In this document: positions 39,794 through 49,237 of the stretch, piece by piece
How the letters are laid out: every line of letters begins with the position of its first letter
Position numbering within the stretch: position 1 is the stretch's first letter
Sequence record: DRR723986_6657
Reading direction: 5' to 3' (one strand)
DNA: 64,000 nt
Notes under the pieces: model-generated
Database searches by the model: none
Told to the model about the DNA's origin: nothing
The model's input: only the letters and a program-made list of their open reading frames with translations
Translations under genes and position numbers: made by a program

Positions 39794-42046
39794 GTGAGCG
39801 GTTACAAGAGCGGTTTCCTGATGGCATCGGTGGCGGCGCTGGCGCTTTCGGTCGGGGCAGAGGCGCCGGAAGCGACAGAAGGGGACGACCCCTATCGCCT
39901 GTTGTCGACCGTCGTGGTCACGGGCTCGTCCGAGGCGGCGCTGGAAGTCGCAGGCTCGGTCTCGTTCCTGACCGATGCGGACCTTTCGGTGCAGGCGCAG
40001 AGCGACGTGCTGCGCATCCTGCGCGCCGTGCCGGGCGTGAACATCCAGGAAGAGGATGGCTATGGCCTGCGTCCGAATATCGGCCTGCGCGGGTCGGGGT
40101 CTGACCGCTCGTCGCGCGTCGCGCTGATGGAAGACGGCGTGCCGATCTCGCCTGCGCCCTATGCCTCGCCGTCTGCCTATTACTTCCCGACCATTGCCCG
40201 GATGAGCGCCATCGAGGTGACCAAGGGCCCGGCGGCGATCCTTTATGGCCCGCGCACGACGGGCGGGGCGATCAACATGTTCTCCACGCCGGTGCCGGAC
40301 GAACAGAAGGGCTATGGCCAGATGATGTTCGGCACGAACGACCGCCAGCGCGCGCACCTCTGGCTGGGCGGCAAAACGGATGCGGCGACGGGCTGGCAAC
40401 TGGGCGGCCTCGTCGAAGTGTTCACTGACGAGACGGACGGCTTCAAGCGGCTGGACAATGGCGGCCCGACCGGCTTCGACGCGGACGACCTGGTCGTGAA
40501 GCTCGGCGCCTACAAGACCGAAGGGGGCATGCCACAGAGCGTGGAACTGAAATACCAGACGCGGGAAGAGACCTCGAATGAGACTTATCTGGGCCTGACG
40601 CTGGACGATTTCCGGGTGGACCCCTACCGGCGCTATGATGCGAGCACGGACGATGTGTTCAATGGCGAGAACGAGCTCTTCCAGCTGACCCACCGGATTG
40701 ACCTGTCTCCGGAGCTGAGTCTGACGACGATTGCGTATCATCACGATTTCGCGCGCAACTGGTACAAGCTTCAGGGCATCAATGCAGACGGAAATGGCGC
40801 GAGCGGGGATGTATCCATCTCCAGCGTGCTGGCAGACCCGGTGACCTATGCGGCCGAGTATGATCTGGCCGTGGGCACTACCAGCCTCGACAATTCCATC
40901 GTCTACCGCGCCAACCGGCGGGCCTATTACAGCGAGGGCATTCAGTCCGTCCTCAACTGGAAGACCGCCTTTGCCGGGCTCGACCACGAACTGACCATCG
41001 GCGGCCGCCTGCACCAGGACGAAGAAGACCGGTTTCAGGAAGAGGACGCCTATCGCCTTGAGGGCGGGCGGCTGGTGCTGACCACCGCAGGCGCTGCGGG
41101 CAGCCAGGCGAACCGCATCTCCTCCGGTGAGGCGCTGGCGCTCTTCGTGCAGGACAAGTTCACGGTCGGGCGGCTGTCCGTCACGGGCGGCGCGCGGTTC
41201 GAGGACTACGAACTGACGCGCGAAGACTATTCGACCAGCGATCCCACCCGCGCTGCCGGGCCGACGCAGGTGAGAGAGCTGTCCGATACGGTGGTCGTGC
41301 CCGGCCTCAGCGCGCTCTACCAGATCAGCGAGACAACGACGCTGCTGGCCGGCGTGCATCGCGGCTTCGCCATCGCGAGCCCCGGCACGACGGACGCCGA
41401 TGTCGAGGAAAGCGTCAACTGGGAGTTCGGCGGACGCTATTCGCGCGGCGTGTTCGAACTGGAGGCGATTGCCTATTTCAATGACTATTCGAACCTGCTC
41501 GGCACCTGTACGGCCTCGTCCGGCGGCGGCTGTACGGTGGGCGACCAGTTCAATGGCGGCGAAGTGGACGTGCAGGGACTGGAAGTGACCGCCAGCTGGG
41601 ATGCCGGGTCTGCTCTGAATACGGATCTCTCCATTCCGCTGAGCCTCGTCTACACGCTGACCGATGCGGAGTTCCAAACGAGTTTCGAAAGCGACTATGA
41701 GCCCTGGGGCGACGTCGTTGCCGGGGACGAGCTGCCTTACATCGCAGACCAGCAGCTGACCCTCAGCGCGGGCCTGGAAACGGACCGCTGGGGCGCGAGC
41801 CTCTCCGGCAATTATGTCTCCGATGCACGGGCCCGCGCCGGGCAGGGGCGCATTCCGGAACGCGAACTGATCGAAGCCCGCTGGGTGGCTGACATGGCCG
41901 TCTGGGTGGACCTGACTGACCGCATTCGCGTGCGGGCCAAGGCTGAAAACCTGTTCGACGAGGTCTATGTCGCCTCGATCGATCCGGCAGGCCTGCGCCC
42001 CGGCAAGCCGTTCGAATTCCTGATGGGCGTCGAGGTGTCGTTCTGA
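39794..42046 (+). CDS. TonB-dependent receptor, FecA-like iron uptake
   Basis: Signal peptide, TonB box TVVVTG, EEDGYGLRPNIGLRG, IEVTKGP..ILYGP.TTGGAIN, ENLFD and terminal F. Confidence 0.92.
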   Translation: MSGYKSGFLMASVAALALSVGAEAPEATEGDDPYRLLSTVVVTGSSEAALEVAGSVSFLTDADLSVQAQSDVLRILRAVPGVNIQEEDGYGLRPNIGLRGSGSDRSSRVALMEDGVPISPAPYASPSAYYFPTIARMSAIEVTKGPAAILYGPRTTGGAINMFSTPVPDEQKGYGQMMFGTNDRQRAHLWLGGKTDAATGWQLGGLVEVFTDETDGFKRLDNGGPTGFDADDLVVKLGAYKTEGGMPQSVELKYQTREETSNETYLGLTLDDFRVDPYRRYDASTDDVFNGENELFQLTHRIDLSPELSLTTIAYHHDFARNWYKLQGINADGNGASGDVSISSVLADPVTYAAEYDLAVGTTSLDNSIVYRANRRAYYSEGIQSVLNWKTAFAGLDHELTIGGRLHQDEEDRFQEEDAYRLEGGRLVLTTAGAAGSQANRISSGEALALFVQDKFTVGRLSVTGGARFEDYELTREDYSTSDPTRAAGPTQVRELSDTVVVPGLSALYQISETTTLLAGVHRGFAIASPGTTDADVEESVNWEFGGRYSRGVFELEAIAYFNDYSNLLGTCTASSGGGCTVGDQFNGGEVDVQGLEVTASWDAGSALNTDLSIPLSLVYTLTDAEFQTSFESDYEPWGDVVAGDELPYIADQQLTLSAGLETDRWGASLSGNYVSDARARAGQGRIPERELIEARWVADMAVWVDLTDRIRVRAKAENLFDEVYVASIDPAGLRPGKPFEFLMGVEVSF

Positions 42047-42056
42047 GGCGAACGTC

Positions 42057-42542
42057 TCAGAACACGCCCATCTTGATCCCCGCGCCGAGCGCGGCGCCCA
42101 GTTCACGGCATTTTTCCAGCTCCGATGCCGGGATGGTCTTCTCCGCGAGGATGTCTTCCGGGGTCTGAGCGCTTGTGTTGACGATCAGGGGCGGCTGCAC
42201 GTCGCGGAGGCGCCAGCCTGTGGCGATGCGGGCTGCCTGACGGGCAGCGCCTTCGCCATCGCTGCCTGCGCAGATCATCAGGGCATAGGGGCGGCCCTCG
42301 ATTTGTCCGAGCACGGGATAATAGCAGCGGTCGAAAAATTCCTTCATCGCGCCGGAGAGCGCAGCGAGATTTTCCGGCCCGGCGAAGAGATAGCCATCGG
42401 CGGCCAGCAGGTCTTCCGGCATCGCATCTTCCGCGCGCATCAGCACGGCGTCGGCTTCTTCTTGTGCGGCTGCGAAGGCGGCCTCGGCCATCTGGCGGGT
42501 GCCACCGGTGCGGGAATGATAAACGATCAATAATTTGGACAT
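42057..42542 (-). CDS. Flavodoxin-like / WrbA-family FMN-binding protein
   Basis: LLIVYHSRTGGTRQMAEA, PENLAALSGAMKEFFDR. Start assigned to ATG 42542. Confidence 0.85.
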   Translation of the reverse strand: MSKLLIVYHSRTGGTRQMAEAAFAAAQEEADAVLMRAEDAMPEDLLAADGYLFAGPENLAALSGAMKEFFDRCYYPVLGQIEGRPYALMICAGSDGEGAARQAARIATGWRLRDVQPPLIVNTSAQTPEDILAEKTIPASELEKCRELGAALGAGIKMGVF

Positions 42543-42615
42543 CTCGCCGCCCATGTTAGACTCCGCCCCAGGAAAGGACACAAGAATCCTTTCCATAAAA
42601 AATTGGAGGACACTC

Positions 42616-42822
42616 ATGGCGACCCCGATCGAAATTGAGATCGAAGGCAAGACTTACAAAGGCAGCTATGACACCGATGGCCACCTGCTGACGACGCGCT
42701 ATCGCATGCAGGCGATGACGGACGAAGTGCGCACCACCGCGCCCGCCATCGCCGCGCGTGGCATGCTGGCCCGGCTCGTCAGGCTGGAGCATCGGGACGA
42801 GGACGGTGCCGCGGCGCACTGA
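42616..42822 (+). CDS. Small hypothetical protein (68 aa)
   Basis: Strong GGAGGA RBS and GC3-rich codons; MATPIEIEIEGKTYKGSY... Confidence 0.65.
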   Translation: MATPIEIEIEGKTYKGSYDTDGHLLTTRYRMQAMTDEVRTTAPAIAARGMLARLVRLEHRDEDGAAAH

Positions 42823-42861
42823 TCTTTCCGGATTTCCGTTAAACCTTGATGCCAGAAAACT

Positions 42862-42875
42862 TGACGCATGCGTCA
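42862..42875. promoter_or_regulatory. Perfect 14-bp palindrome TGACGCATGCGTCA overlapping a -35 element
   Basis: TTGACG at 42861; a degenerate second copy TGGCGCATGACTCA lies over the Rieske gene ATG. Confidence 0.6.
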
Positions 42876-42894
42876 TCTTTTATGAGGATGGCGC

Positions 42895-44010
42895 ATGACT
42901 CAGGAATTTCTCTCCCCCGCCGACGTTGCCGCGAGCCGCAGGCCGCTGGCCGAAGCCCGTACCCTGCCGCCTGCCGCCTATACGGATGCAGGGCTCTGGC
43001 ATGTCGAAAAGGCCCGTGTTCTGGCGCGCAGCTGGCTGCCGCTGGCGCGGGTGGATCAGGTGCCGGGGGCGGGGGACTATCTCTCCGCCGCTCTCGCGGG
43101 CGAGCCGGTGATGGTGGTGCGCGGGGAAGATGGCGCCGTGCGTGTGCTGTCGCGTGTTTGCCGCCACCGAGCCGCGCTGGTGGCCGATGGGCAGGGTTGC
43201 CGCAAGCTCTTCACCTGCCCCTACCATGCCTGGTCCTATGACACGAAAGGCAGTCTCGTCCGCGCGCCATTGATGGAAGGCGCGGAAGGGTTCGACCCTG
43301 CAGACCACGGCCTGCGCGAGATCCGCTCTGAAATCTGGGAAGGTTTCGTCATGGCGACGCTGGACGCCGACGCGCCGGCCTTCGCCCGGCAGGTCAGGGG
43401 CTTTGCGGACTATTTTGCGAACTACAATCTTGGCGGGTTCGTGGTGGCGCGCACGCTGGACTATGCCCATGGCTGGAACTGGAAGGTGCTGGCCGAGAAT
43501 TTCATGGAGGCCTACCACCACATCGCCACGCACTCGAAAACGCTGGAGCCGGGTTACCACGCCCGCGATTCTCAGGTGCCGGATACGGACCAGCCCTGGT
43601 CGATCCTGCACATGCCGGCCGCCGACCGGGACGCGCCCCAGCCGCCTGTTCCGGGCCTCGAAGACTGGCAGCTGCGGGACCTGATCGCGGCCATCGCCTT
43701 TCCCGGCCTGATGCTGGCTGTGCAGGGGCCGTTCATGGCCTGGTATCAGATGACCCCACTGGCCGAAGACCGGCTGGACCTGAAGATCCACCTCTGCTTC
43801 CCGGACTGGATGCAGGGCCTGGATGATTACGATGCGATCGTGGACGGGGCCGAGGCTTCCATCCGGGGGGTGCACGAGGAAGACATCGCCGCGAATGACC
43901 TTGTCTGGGCTGGCCTCAACGCGCCGCTGTCTCGCGCTGGGCCGCTGTCGCCGCTGGAGAAGTCGATCTGGCAGATGAATCAGTGGTGGCTGGACCGGAT
44001 GGGCGCCTGA
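42895..44010 (+). CDS. Rieske non-heme iron oxygenase alpha subunit (choline monooxygenase/CntA-like group)
   Basis: CRHR...CPYHAW Rieske motif; NWKVLAENFMEAYHHIATH and EED mononuclear-iron ligands. Confidence 0.9.
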   Translation: MTQEFLSPADVAASRRPLAEARTLPPAAYTDAGLWHVEKARVLARSWLPLARVDQVPGAGDYLSAALAGEPVMVVRGEDGAVRVLSRVCRHRAALVADGQGCRKLFTCPYHAWSYDTKGSLVRAPLMEGAEGFDPADHGLREIRSEIWEGFVMATLDADAPAFARQVRGFADYFANYNLGGFVVARTLDYAHGWNWKVLAENFMEAYHHIATHSKTLEPGYHARDSQVPDTDQPWSILHMPAADRDAPQPPVPGLEDWQLRDLIAAIAFPGLMLAVQGPFMAWYQMTPLAEDRLDLKIHLCFPDWMQGLDDYDAIVDGAEASIRGVHEEDIAANDLVWAGLNAPLSRAGPLSPLEKSIWQMNQWWLDRMGA

Positions 44011-44021
44011 CAAAGGCCTGA

Positions 44022-44600
44022 TCAGCGCGGCGGGCGGCCACCGCCTCCACCGGGCGGGCGTCCGCCACCCGGCATGCCGCCGCCACTGCCTTGTGAGCGA
44101 AGCGGCACATCCATCAGCATTTCAGCGCGGGTGAGCTGCCCGTCATGGTCGCTGTCCAGGCGGTCGAACTCGTCAGTCAGGCGGGTGCGGAATTCCTCTT
44201 CGCTGATCTGGCCATCAAGGTTCACGTCGAAGGCGATGTGATTGGGCAGGGCTTCCGGATTGCCGAGTGCGGTCATGGCCCAGTCCGACATGGCAACCGC
44301 CGGAACGGTGCCGCTGGCGCTGACTGGAAGGTGTGTCCACTCCTCCGAGATGCCAGCCGTCAGTTCAGCCGGGCCAATGGCATGGTCGTGGCCGGTGTCC
44401 ATGCCGGTGAAGAGGAGTGCGATGGGCCGGGCGACCTGTCCGCCATTCAGGCTTGTCGCCCGTCCGCCGGGACTGCCGCCGCCGGGCGGACCACCGGGCT
44501 GGCCGCCGCGCGGAGGTGGGCGGGATGTACAGGCCGCGATCAGGAGAATGCTGACGAGGGCGCAGGTGACAAACAAAGCTGCCGGGCGGGGTTCGAACAT
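44022..44600 (-). CDS. EF-hand lipoprotein with Gly/Pro-rich termini
   Basis: Lipobox IAAC; DVNLDGQISEEE and DSDHDGQLTRAE. Confidence 0.78.
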   Translation of the reverse strand: MFEPRPAALFVTCALVSILLIAACTSRPPPRGGQPGGPPGGGSPGGRATSLNGGQVARPIALLFTGMDTGHDHAIGPAELTAGISEEWTHLPVSASGTVPAVAMSDWAMTALGNPEALPNHIAFDVNLDGQISEEEFRTRLTDEFDRLDSDHDGQLTRAEMLMDVPLRSQGSGGGMPGGGRPPGGGGGRPPR

Positions 44601-44666
44601 GAGGGAGGCCTTCCTGCCGGTTATTATCCCGGCTGGAACGGCCTCACTCCGCCAATCCGTCGGCGC

Positions 44667-45425
44667 TTACTGATTTGTAACGCCAGCGATTTCAGCGCAG
44701 GTCGCCAGCAGGCGCGCAATATCCTGATCGCGGGAGAGGCGGTGGTCGCCATCCTTGATCAGGGTGAAGACGAGATCCTTCGTGCTCATTACATCGACCA
44801 GCCGGAAGGCGTGGCGCCATGGCACATCCGGGTCTTCGGCGCCCTGCAGAATGCGCACGGGGCATTCGAGGTCGATCGGCGTGTCCAGCAGCTGCCAGCT
44901 GCGGCCATCCTCGATCAGCGCGCGGGTGATCGGGTAGGGCTCGCCATAGTCTGATGGGCGCAGGGTCAGCCCGTTCTCCATGATTTCTTCCTGCTGGCGG
45001 GGCGTGAATTCCGGCCACATCAGCTTTTCGGTGAAATCCGGCGCGGGCGCGATCAGCACCATGCCGGCAAGACGTTCGCGCCGGGCGAGGCCGGACAGCA
45101 GTGCCATCCAGCCGCCCATGCTGGAGCCGACCAGGACCAGAGGCCCGTCCGTTAGCGCATCGATTGCGTCCAGCGCATCCTCGCGCCACAGTGAAATCGT
45201 GCCGTCCTCGAACGCGCCGCCTGATTCGCCATGGCCGGAATAGTCGAAGGCGAGAAAGCCGTGGCCGTTCTCTTTTGCCCATTCTTCCACGCACATGACC
45301 TTTGAGCCGGTGATGTCGGACTTGAACCCGCACAGCCACACATAAGTGAAATCGCTGCGGGCAGGGGCGAAACGGCGATAGGCCAGCTGTCTGCCGTGAG
45401 GAGAGATGAAATGTTCGGTTGTCAT
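44667..45425 (-). CDS. Alpha/beta hydrolase (ABHD10-like)
   Basis: GFKSD, FDYSGHGES, GSSMGG, DPDVP, DGDHRLS. Start MTTEHF at 45425. Confidence 0.88.
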   Translation of the reverse strand: MTTEHFISPHGRQLAYRRFAPARSDFTYVWLCGFKSDITGSKVMCVEEWAKENGHGFLAFDYSGHGESGGAFEDGTISLWREDALDAIDALTDGPLVLVGSSMGGWMALLSGLARRERLAGMVLIAPAPDFTEKLMWPEFTPRQQEEIMENGLTLRPSDYGEPYPITRALIEDGRSWQLLDTPIDLECPVRILQGAEDPDVPWRHAFRLVDVMSTKDLVFTLIKDGDHRLSRDQDIARLLATCAEIAGVTNQ

Positions 45426-45498
45426 AGTCTGTCCGTTCCGCCATCTCTCTCGCCTGTCAAGCGAATGGGTGGCACGCGACTTGGAACCTCTCCCCGAT

Positions 45499-46641
45499 AT
45501 GACCGGAAAGACGATCCTGCAGGTCGCGCCCGAACTTTCAGCAGGCGGCGTGGAGCGCACCGTTCTGGAAGTGACCGAAGCCATCGTTGGGGCGGGCGGC
45601 CGGGCGTTGCTGGCCAGCCGCGGCGGTCGCCTGGAAGGCGAATTCGAAAAGCTCGGCGGCGAGCTGTTCCGCATGGACGCCAAATCCAAGAACCCGCTGG
45701 TGCTGAAAGCCAATGAAGGCAAGCTGAAGCGGATCATCCGGAATGAAGGCGTAAACCTTGTCCATGCCCGGTCCCGCGCGCCGGCGTGGAGTGCCTATGC
45801 CGCTGCAAAGGCGATGGGCGTGCCCTTCGTAACCACTTATCATGGCGCCTATTCGGGCGAAGAAGGCCTCAAGCGGAAGTATAATTCGGTGATGGCCAAG
45901 GGCGAGCTGGTGATCGCCAATTCCCAGTGGATCGCAGAGCATGTCCAGCGCGTGCATGGCCTGCCGCCGGAAAAGATTGTGACCATACCCCGCGGGGTGG
46001 ATCTCGAAGCGTTCTATCCCGGCGCTGTAACACCGGCGCGGATAGATGCTGTCCGCGCCCGCTGGGGTCTCAAAGACGACAAGCGCCTGACCTTGTTCCT
46101 GCCGGGGCGCCTGACGGAGTGGAAAGGCCAGCTTCTGGCAATCGAGGCGCTGGGCCTGCTGGCGCCGGAGGAGCGGGAAGGGCTAGTGCTCGTCCTGGCG
46201 GGGGATGCGCAGGGCCGCGATGCCTATGAAGGGCGCATCTATGACACGATCCGCCAATTGCAACTGGACGGGCAGGTTCTGGTGGTCGGCCACGAGACCG
46301 ACATGCCGGCAGCTTACCTTGCCAGCGACATCGTGATGGCACCGTCGACGCGGCCGGAAGCCTTTGGACGCGTGGCGGCGGAAGCCTCGGCCATGGCGCG
46401 GCCGGTGATCGTGTCGGACCATGGCGGCGGGCGCGAAACCGTGCTGGACGGGGAAACCGGCGCGCGCTTCCAGCCGGGCGACGCAGCAGCCCTCGCTGGC
46501 GCAATCAGGGCGCTTCTGGCGGTCGGAAAGACGGCCCGTGGCGGCATGGGAAAGGCGGGGCAGGACCACGTCCGCAGCCATTTCTCAAAGCGGGGGCTTC
46601 AGATGGCCACCCTCGGCGTCTATAAGCGCCTGATCGGTTAG
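45499..46641 (+). CDS. Glycosyltransferase family 4
   Basis: GGVER, HARSRAPAW, TTYHG, PGRLTEWKG, PEAFGRVAAEA. Start uncertain (45469-45499). Confidence 0.9.
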   Translation: MTGKTILQVAPELSAGGVERTVLEVTEAIVGAGGRALLASRGGRLEGEFEKLGGELFRMDAKSKNPLVLKANEGKLKRIIRNEGVNLVHARSRAPAWSAYAAAKAMGVPFVTTYHGAYSGEEGLKRKYNSVMAKGELVIANSQWIAEHVQRVHGLPPEKIVTIPRGVDLEAFYPGAVTPARIDAVRARWGLKDDKRLTLFLPGRLTEWKGQLLAIEALGLLAPEEREGLVLVLAGDAQGRDAYEGRIYDTIRQLQLDGQVLVVGHETDMPAAYLASDIVMAPSTRPEAFGRVAAEASAMARPVIVSDHGGGRETVLDGETGARFQPGDAAALAGAIRALLAVGKTARGGMGKAGQDHVRSHFSKRGLQMATLGVYKRLIG

Positions 46642-46659
46642 GGGACCGACGAGGTAGGC

Positions 46660-47694
46660 ATGGCAAAAACCGCAAAGCTCGCCAGCCCGGTCAATCCGGG
46701 GGCTGGCGCCAAGGAAGTTCTGGTCATCAAGCTGAGCGCGCTTGGCGACTTCGTGCTGGCGCTCGGCGCGATGAAAGCCGTGCGCGAGTTCCATCCTTCC
46801 GCCCGGATCACGCTGCTGACGACGCCGCCTTTCGAGGATTTCGCCAGCCATTGCCCGTATTTCGACCGGATCGAGACCGATGGCCGCCCGCCCACGATGA
46901 AGGCGACGACCGCGCTGCTGAACCGGATCCGCAAGTCAAAGTACGACATAATCTATGACTTCCAGACCTCCGGCCGGACGAAGAACTATTTCACGGCGCT
47001 GAGCCGCACGGGCAAGGCGCCGCTCTGGTCGGGCCATCATGAGAAGGCGGCCTTCTTCCATGACAATCCGGACCGGGCGACCATGCACTCGATCGACCGG
47101 CTGGCTGAACAGCTGGCTGTGGCAGGCGTCGCGCCGGACGGGCGCTGGAACCGCCAGAACTTCCCCAAGCCGGACCTAAGCTGGGTACGCCCGAAACTGC
47201 GCGATGCCCCGCGCCTTCAGCCGGCCTATTTCGGGCTGGAACAGCCCTATATGCTGCTGATTCCGGGAGCCTCCGAGCACCGGGAAGCCAAGCGCTGGCC
47301 GGTGGAACGGTTCGCCGAACTGGCCAAACGGATCGCCGATGCAGGCGTGACCCCGGCCATTATCGGCGGCAAGGCGGAGGGCAAGATCGCGCAGGACATC
47401 CTGAAGCTGGAGAAGCGGGCAAAGAGCCTCGTGACCCGGACGGACCTGTTCCAGATCGTGACCCTGGCGGAGAAAGCTGCCTTCGTCGTCGGCAACGATA
47501 CCGGCCCGATGCATATGGCGGCGATTGCCGGTGCACCGGGCGTGGCCCTGTTTGCCACCAATGAAAGCAATCCCGACCACGCAGCCCCGCGCGGGGCCCG
47601 GTCGCCGATCATCAATTCGGCACCGATGCTCGCGGAATTGGAAGTCGACACAGTCTGGCGGTCAATTCTGGCGCTGGGTGTGCTTCCCACTTGA
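46660..47694 (+). CDS. Glycosyltransferase family 9 (LPS heptosyltransferase-like)
   Basis: IKLSALGDFV, KRWP, GNDTGPMHMAA. Confidence 0.9.
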   Translation: MAKTAKLASPVNPGAGAKEVLVIKLSALGDFVLALGAMKAVREFHPSARITLLTTPPFEDFASHCPYFDRIETDGRPPTMKATTALLNRIRKSKYDIIYDFQTSGRTKNYFTALSRTGKAPLWSGHHEKAAFFHDNPDRATMHSIDRLAEQLAVAGVAPDGRWNRQNFPKPDLSWVRPKLRDAPRLQPAYFGLEQPYMLLIPGASEHREAKRWPVERFAELAKRIADAGVTPAIIGGKAEGKIAQDILKLEKRAKSLVTRTDLFQIVTLAEKAAFVVGNDTGPMHMAAIAGAPGVALFATNESNPDHAAPRGARSPIINSAPMLAELEVDTVWRSILALGVLPT

Positions 47695-47727
47695 CCGCAC
47701 CGCAAATTTTGCCGAGTGCGCTTTTCC

Positions 47728-47756
47728 TTGAATATGCCCGCAACCACAGGCATATT
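47728..47756 (+). promoter_or_regulatory. Sigma70-type promoter of infC
   Basis: TTGAAT-N17-CATATT. Confidence 0.55.
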
Positions 47757-47792
47757 CAGGCATCCTGAGAACAGCCACAAAGGAGATCGGCT

Positions 47793-48332
47793 ATAGCTCG
47801 CAGACCAATGAATGAAGCGCCCCAGAAGGACAAGGGACCGCGCACCAATGACGACATCAAGGCCGCAAAGGTCCTGTTGATCGACGAACACGGTGAGAAA
47901 CAGGGAGTGATGCCGCTGGCAGCCGCTCTTGATGCTGCGCGCGAAGCCAGCATGGATCTCGTCGAGGTTTCGCCGAACCAGGAAGTGCCCGTCGTCAAGA
48001 TTCTCGACTATGGCAAGCTGCGTTTCGAAGAGCGGAAGAAGAAAGCCGCTGCGAAGAAAAAGCAGAAGAATTCCGAACTCAAAGAAATCAAGATGCGCCC
48101 GAACATCGACACGCATGATTATGAAGTCAAAGCGAAGGCGATGACGCGTTTCTTTGAAGCTGGGGACAAGGTGAAGGTGACCCTTCGCTTCCGCGGCCGG
48201 GAAATGGCGCACCAGCATCTCGGCATGGAATTGCTGAACCGGGTGAAAGAAGACTTCGACGAAATGGCGAAGGTGGAGCTGGAGCCGAAGCTCGAAGGCC
48301 GCCAGATGACCATGGTCCTCTCACCGCGCTGA
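47793..48332 (+). CDS. infC: Translation initiation factor IF-3 with non-canonical ATA start
   Basis: DLVEVSP, KILDYGK, KEIKMRP, GDKVK, FRGRE. AAGGAG lies 7 nt before an in-frame ATA at 47793. Confidence 0.95.
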   Translation: MARRPMNEAPQKDKGPRTNDDIKAAKVLLIDEHGEKQGVMPLAAALDAAREASMDLVEVSPNQEVPVVKILDYGKLRFEERKKKAAAKKKQKNSELKEIKMRPNIDTHDYEVKAKAMTRFFEAGDKVKVTLRFRGREMAHQHLGMELLNRVKEDFDEMAKVELEPKLEGRQMTMVLSPR

Positions 48333-48374
48333 ACACCATGAAGAATCCCATGTAGGGACCATGTATACACCATG

Positions 48375-48410
48375 AAGAGCCGGCCGGGGCGGACCCTGCC
48401 GGCTCTTTCC
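48375..48410 (+). terminator. Hairpin terminator after infC
   Basis: AAGAGCCGGC...GCCGGCTCTT followed by only a short T run. Confidence 0.65.
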
Positions 48411-48466
48411 GTTCCAGGGCGGCACGGCGGGGCATTTTCAAGTGCATTTTCAGCCGCTTTCGCCCC

Positions 48467-48495
48467 TTGATTCCATTCCCCCAATCCGCCATAAG
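48467..48495 (+). promoter_or_regulatory. Sigma70-type promoter of rpmI-rplT
   Basis: TTGATT-N17-CATAAG. Confidence 0.55.
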
Positions 48496-48593
48496 CCGCC
48501 TCTTCCGAGTGGTGCTGGCGAACGGCATGCCCTCCACTCACGACAGACCGGGCCGCCTGCAAGGGTGCGAGCTCCACCAAAAAGGAGAATGAA

Positions 48594-48794
48594 ATGCCGA
48601 AGATGAAGACCAAGAAGGCCGCTGCAAAGCGCTTCAAGATCACCGCATCGGGCAAGCTGAAGCACGGCGTCGCTGGCAAGCGCCACCGCCTGATCAGCCA
48701 CAATGCAAAGTACATCCGCCAGAACCGCGGCACGTCCGTCGGTGCCAAGGCTGATGAATCCCGTGTGAAAAAGTTCCTGCCGTACGGCCTCTAA
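48594..48794 (+). CDS. rpmI: 50S ribosomal protein bL35
   Basis: MPKMKTKKAAAKRFKITASGK...FLPYG. Confidence 0.97.
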   Translation: MPKMKTKKAAAKRFKITASGKLKHGVAGKRHRLISHNAKYIRQNRGTSVGAKADESRVKKFLPYGL

Positions 48795-48840
48795 GCCGCC
48801 GTCGCTGACTTAATACTGATCTTGATAGAAGGAGGCTCAG

Positions 48841-49203
48841 ATGCCCCGCTCCCGCGCCAAAGTTCCTGCCCATGCCCGCCACAAGAAAATCCTGAAGCAG
48901 GCAAAGGGTTTCCGTAACCGCCGCAAGAATACGTTCCGCATCGCGCACCAGTCCGTCTGGGAAGCCGGCCAGTACGCCTATGTCGGGCGCAAAGTTAAGA
49001 AGCGAAAGTTCCGCTCGCTCTGGATCCAGCGCATCAACGCCGCTGTCCGCATCCACGACGAGGACATGAACTATTCGCAGTTCATCAACGGCCTGACCAA
49101 AGCCGGCATCGAAGTCGACCGCAAAGTCATGTCCGACATCGCCATCAAGGACCCGGACGCTTTCGGCGCCCTGGTTGCCCAGGCCAAAGCGGCTCTCGCC
49201 TAA
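48841..49203 (+). CDS. rplT: 50S ribosomal protein bL20
   Basis: [44 protein letters not shown]. Confidence 0.97.
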   Translation: MPRSRAKVPAHARHKKILKQAKGFRNRRKNTFRIAHQSVWEAGQYAYVGRKVKKRKFRSLWIQRINAAVRIHDEDMNYSQFINGLTKAGIEVDRKVMSDIAIKDPDAFGALVAQAKAALA

Positions 49204-49237
49204 GCTCCTTACAGACTGAAGCAACAGGAACGATCCC

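Noticed and set aside
39734-42106. 790-aa minus-strand ORF
   Set aside because: Antisense shadow of the TonB receptor in high-GC DNA, with no recognisable motifs.
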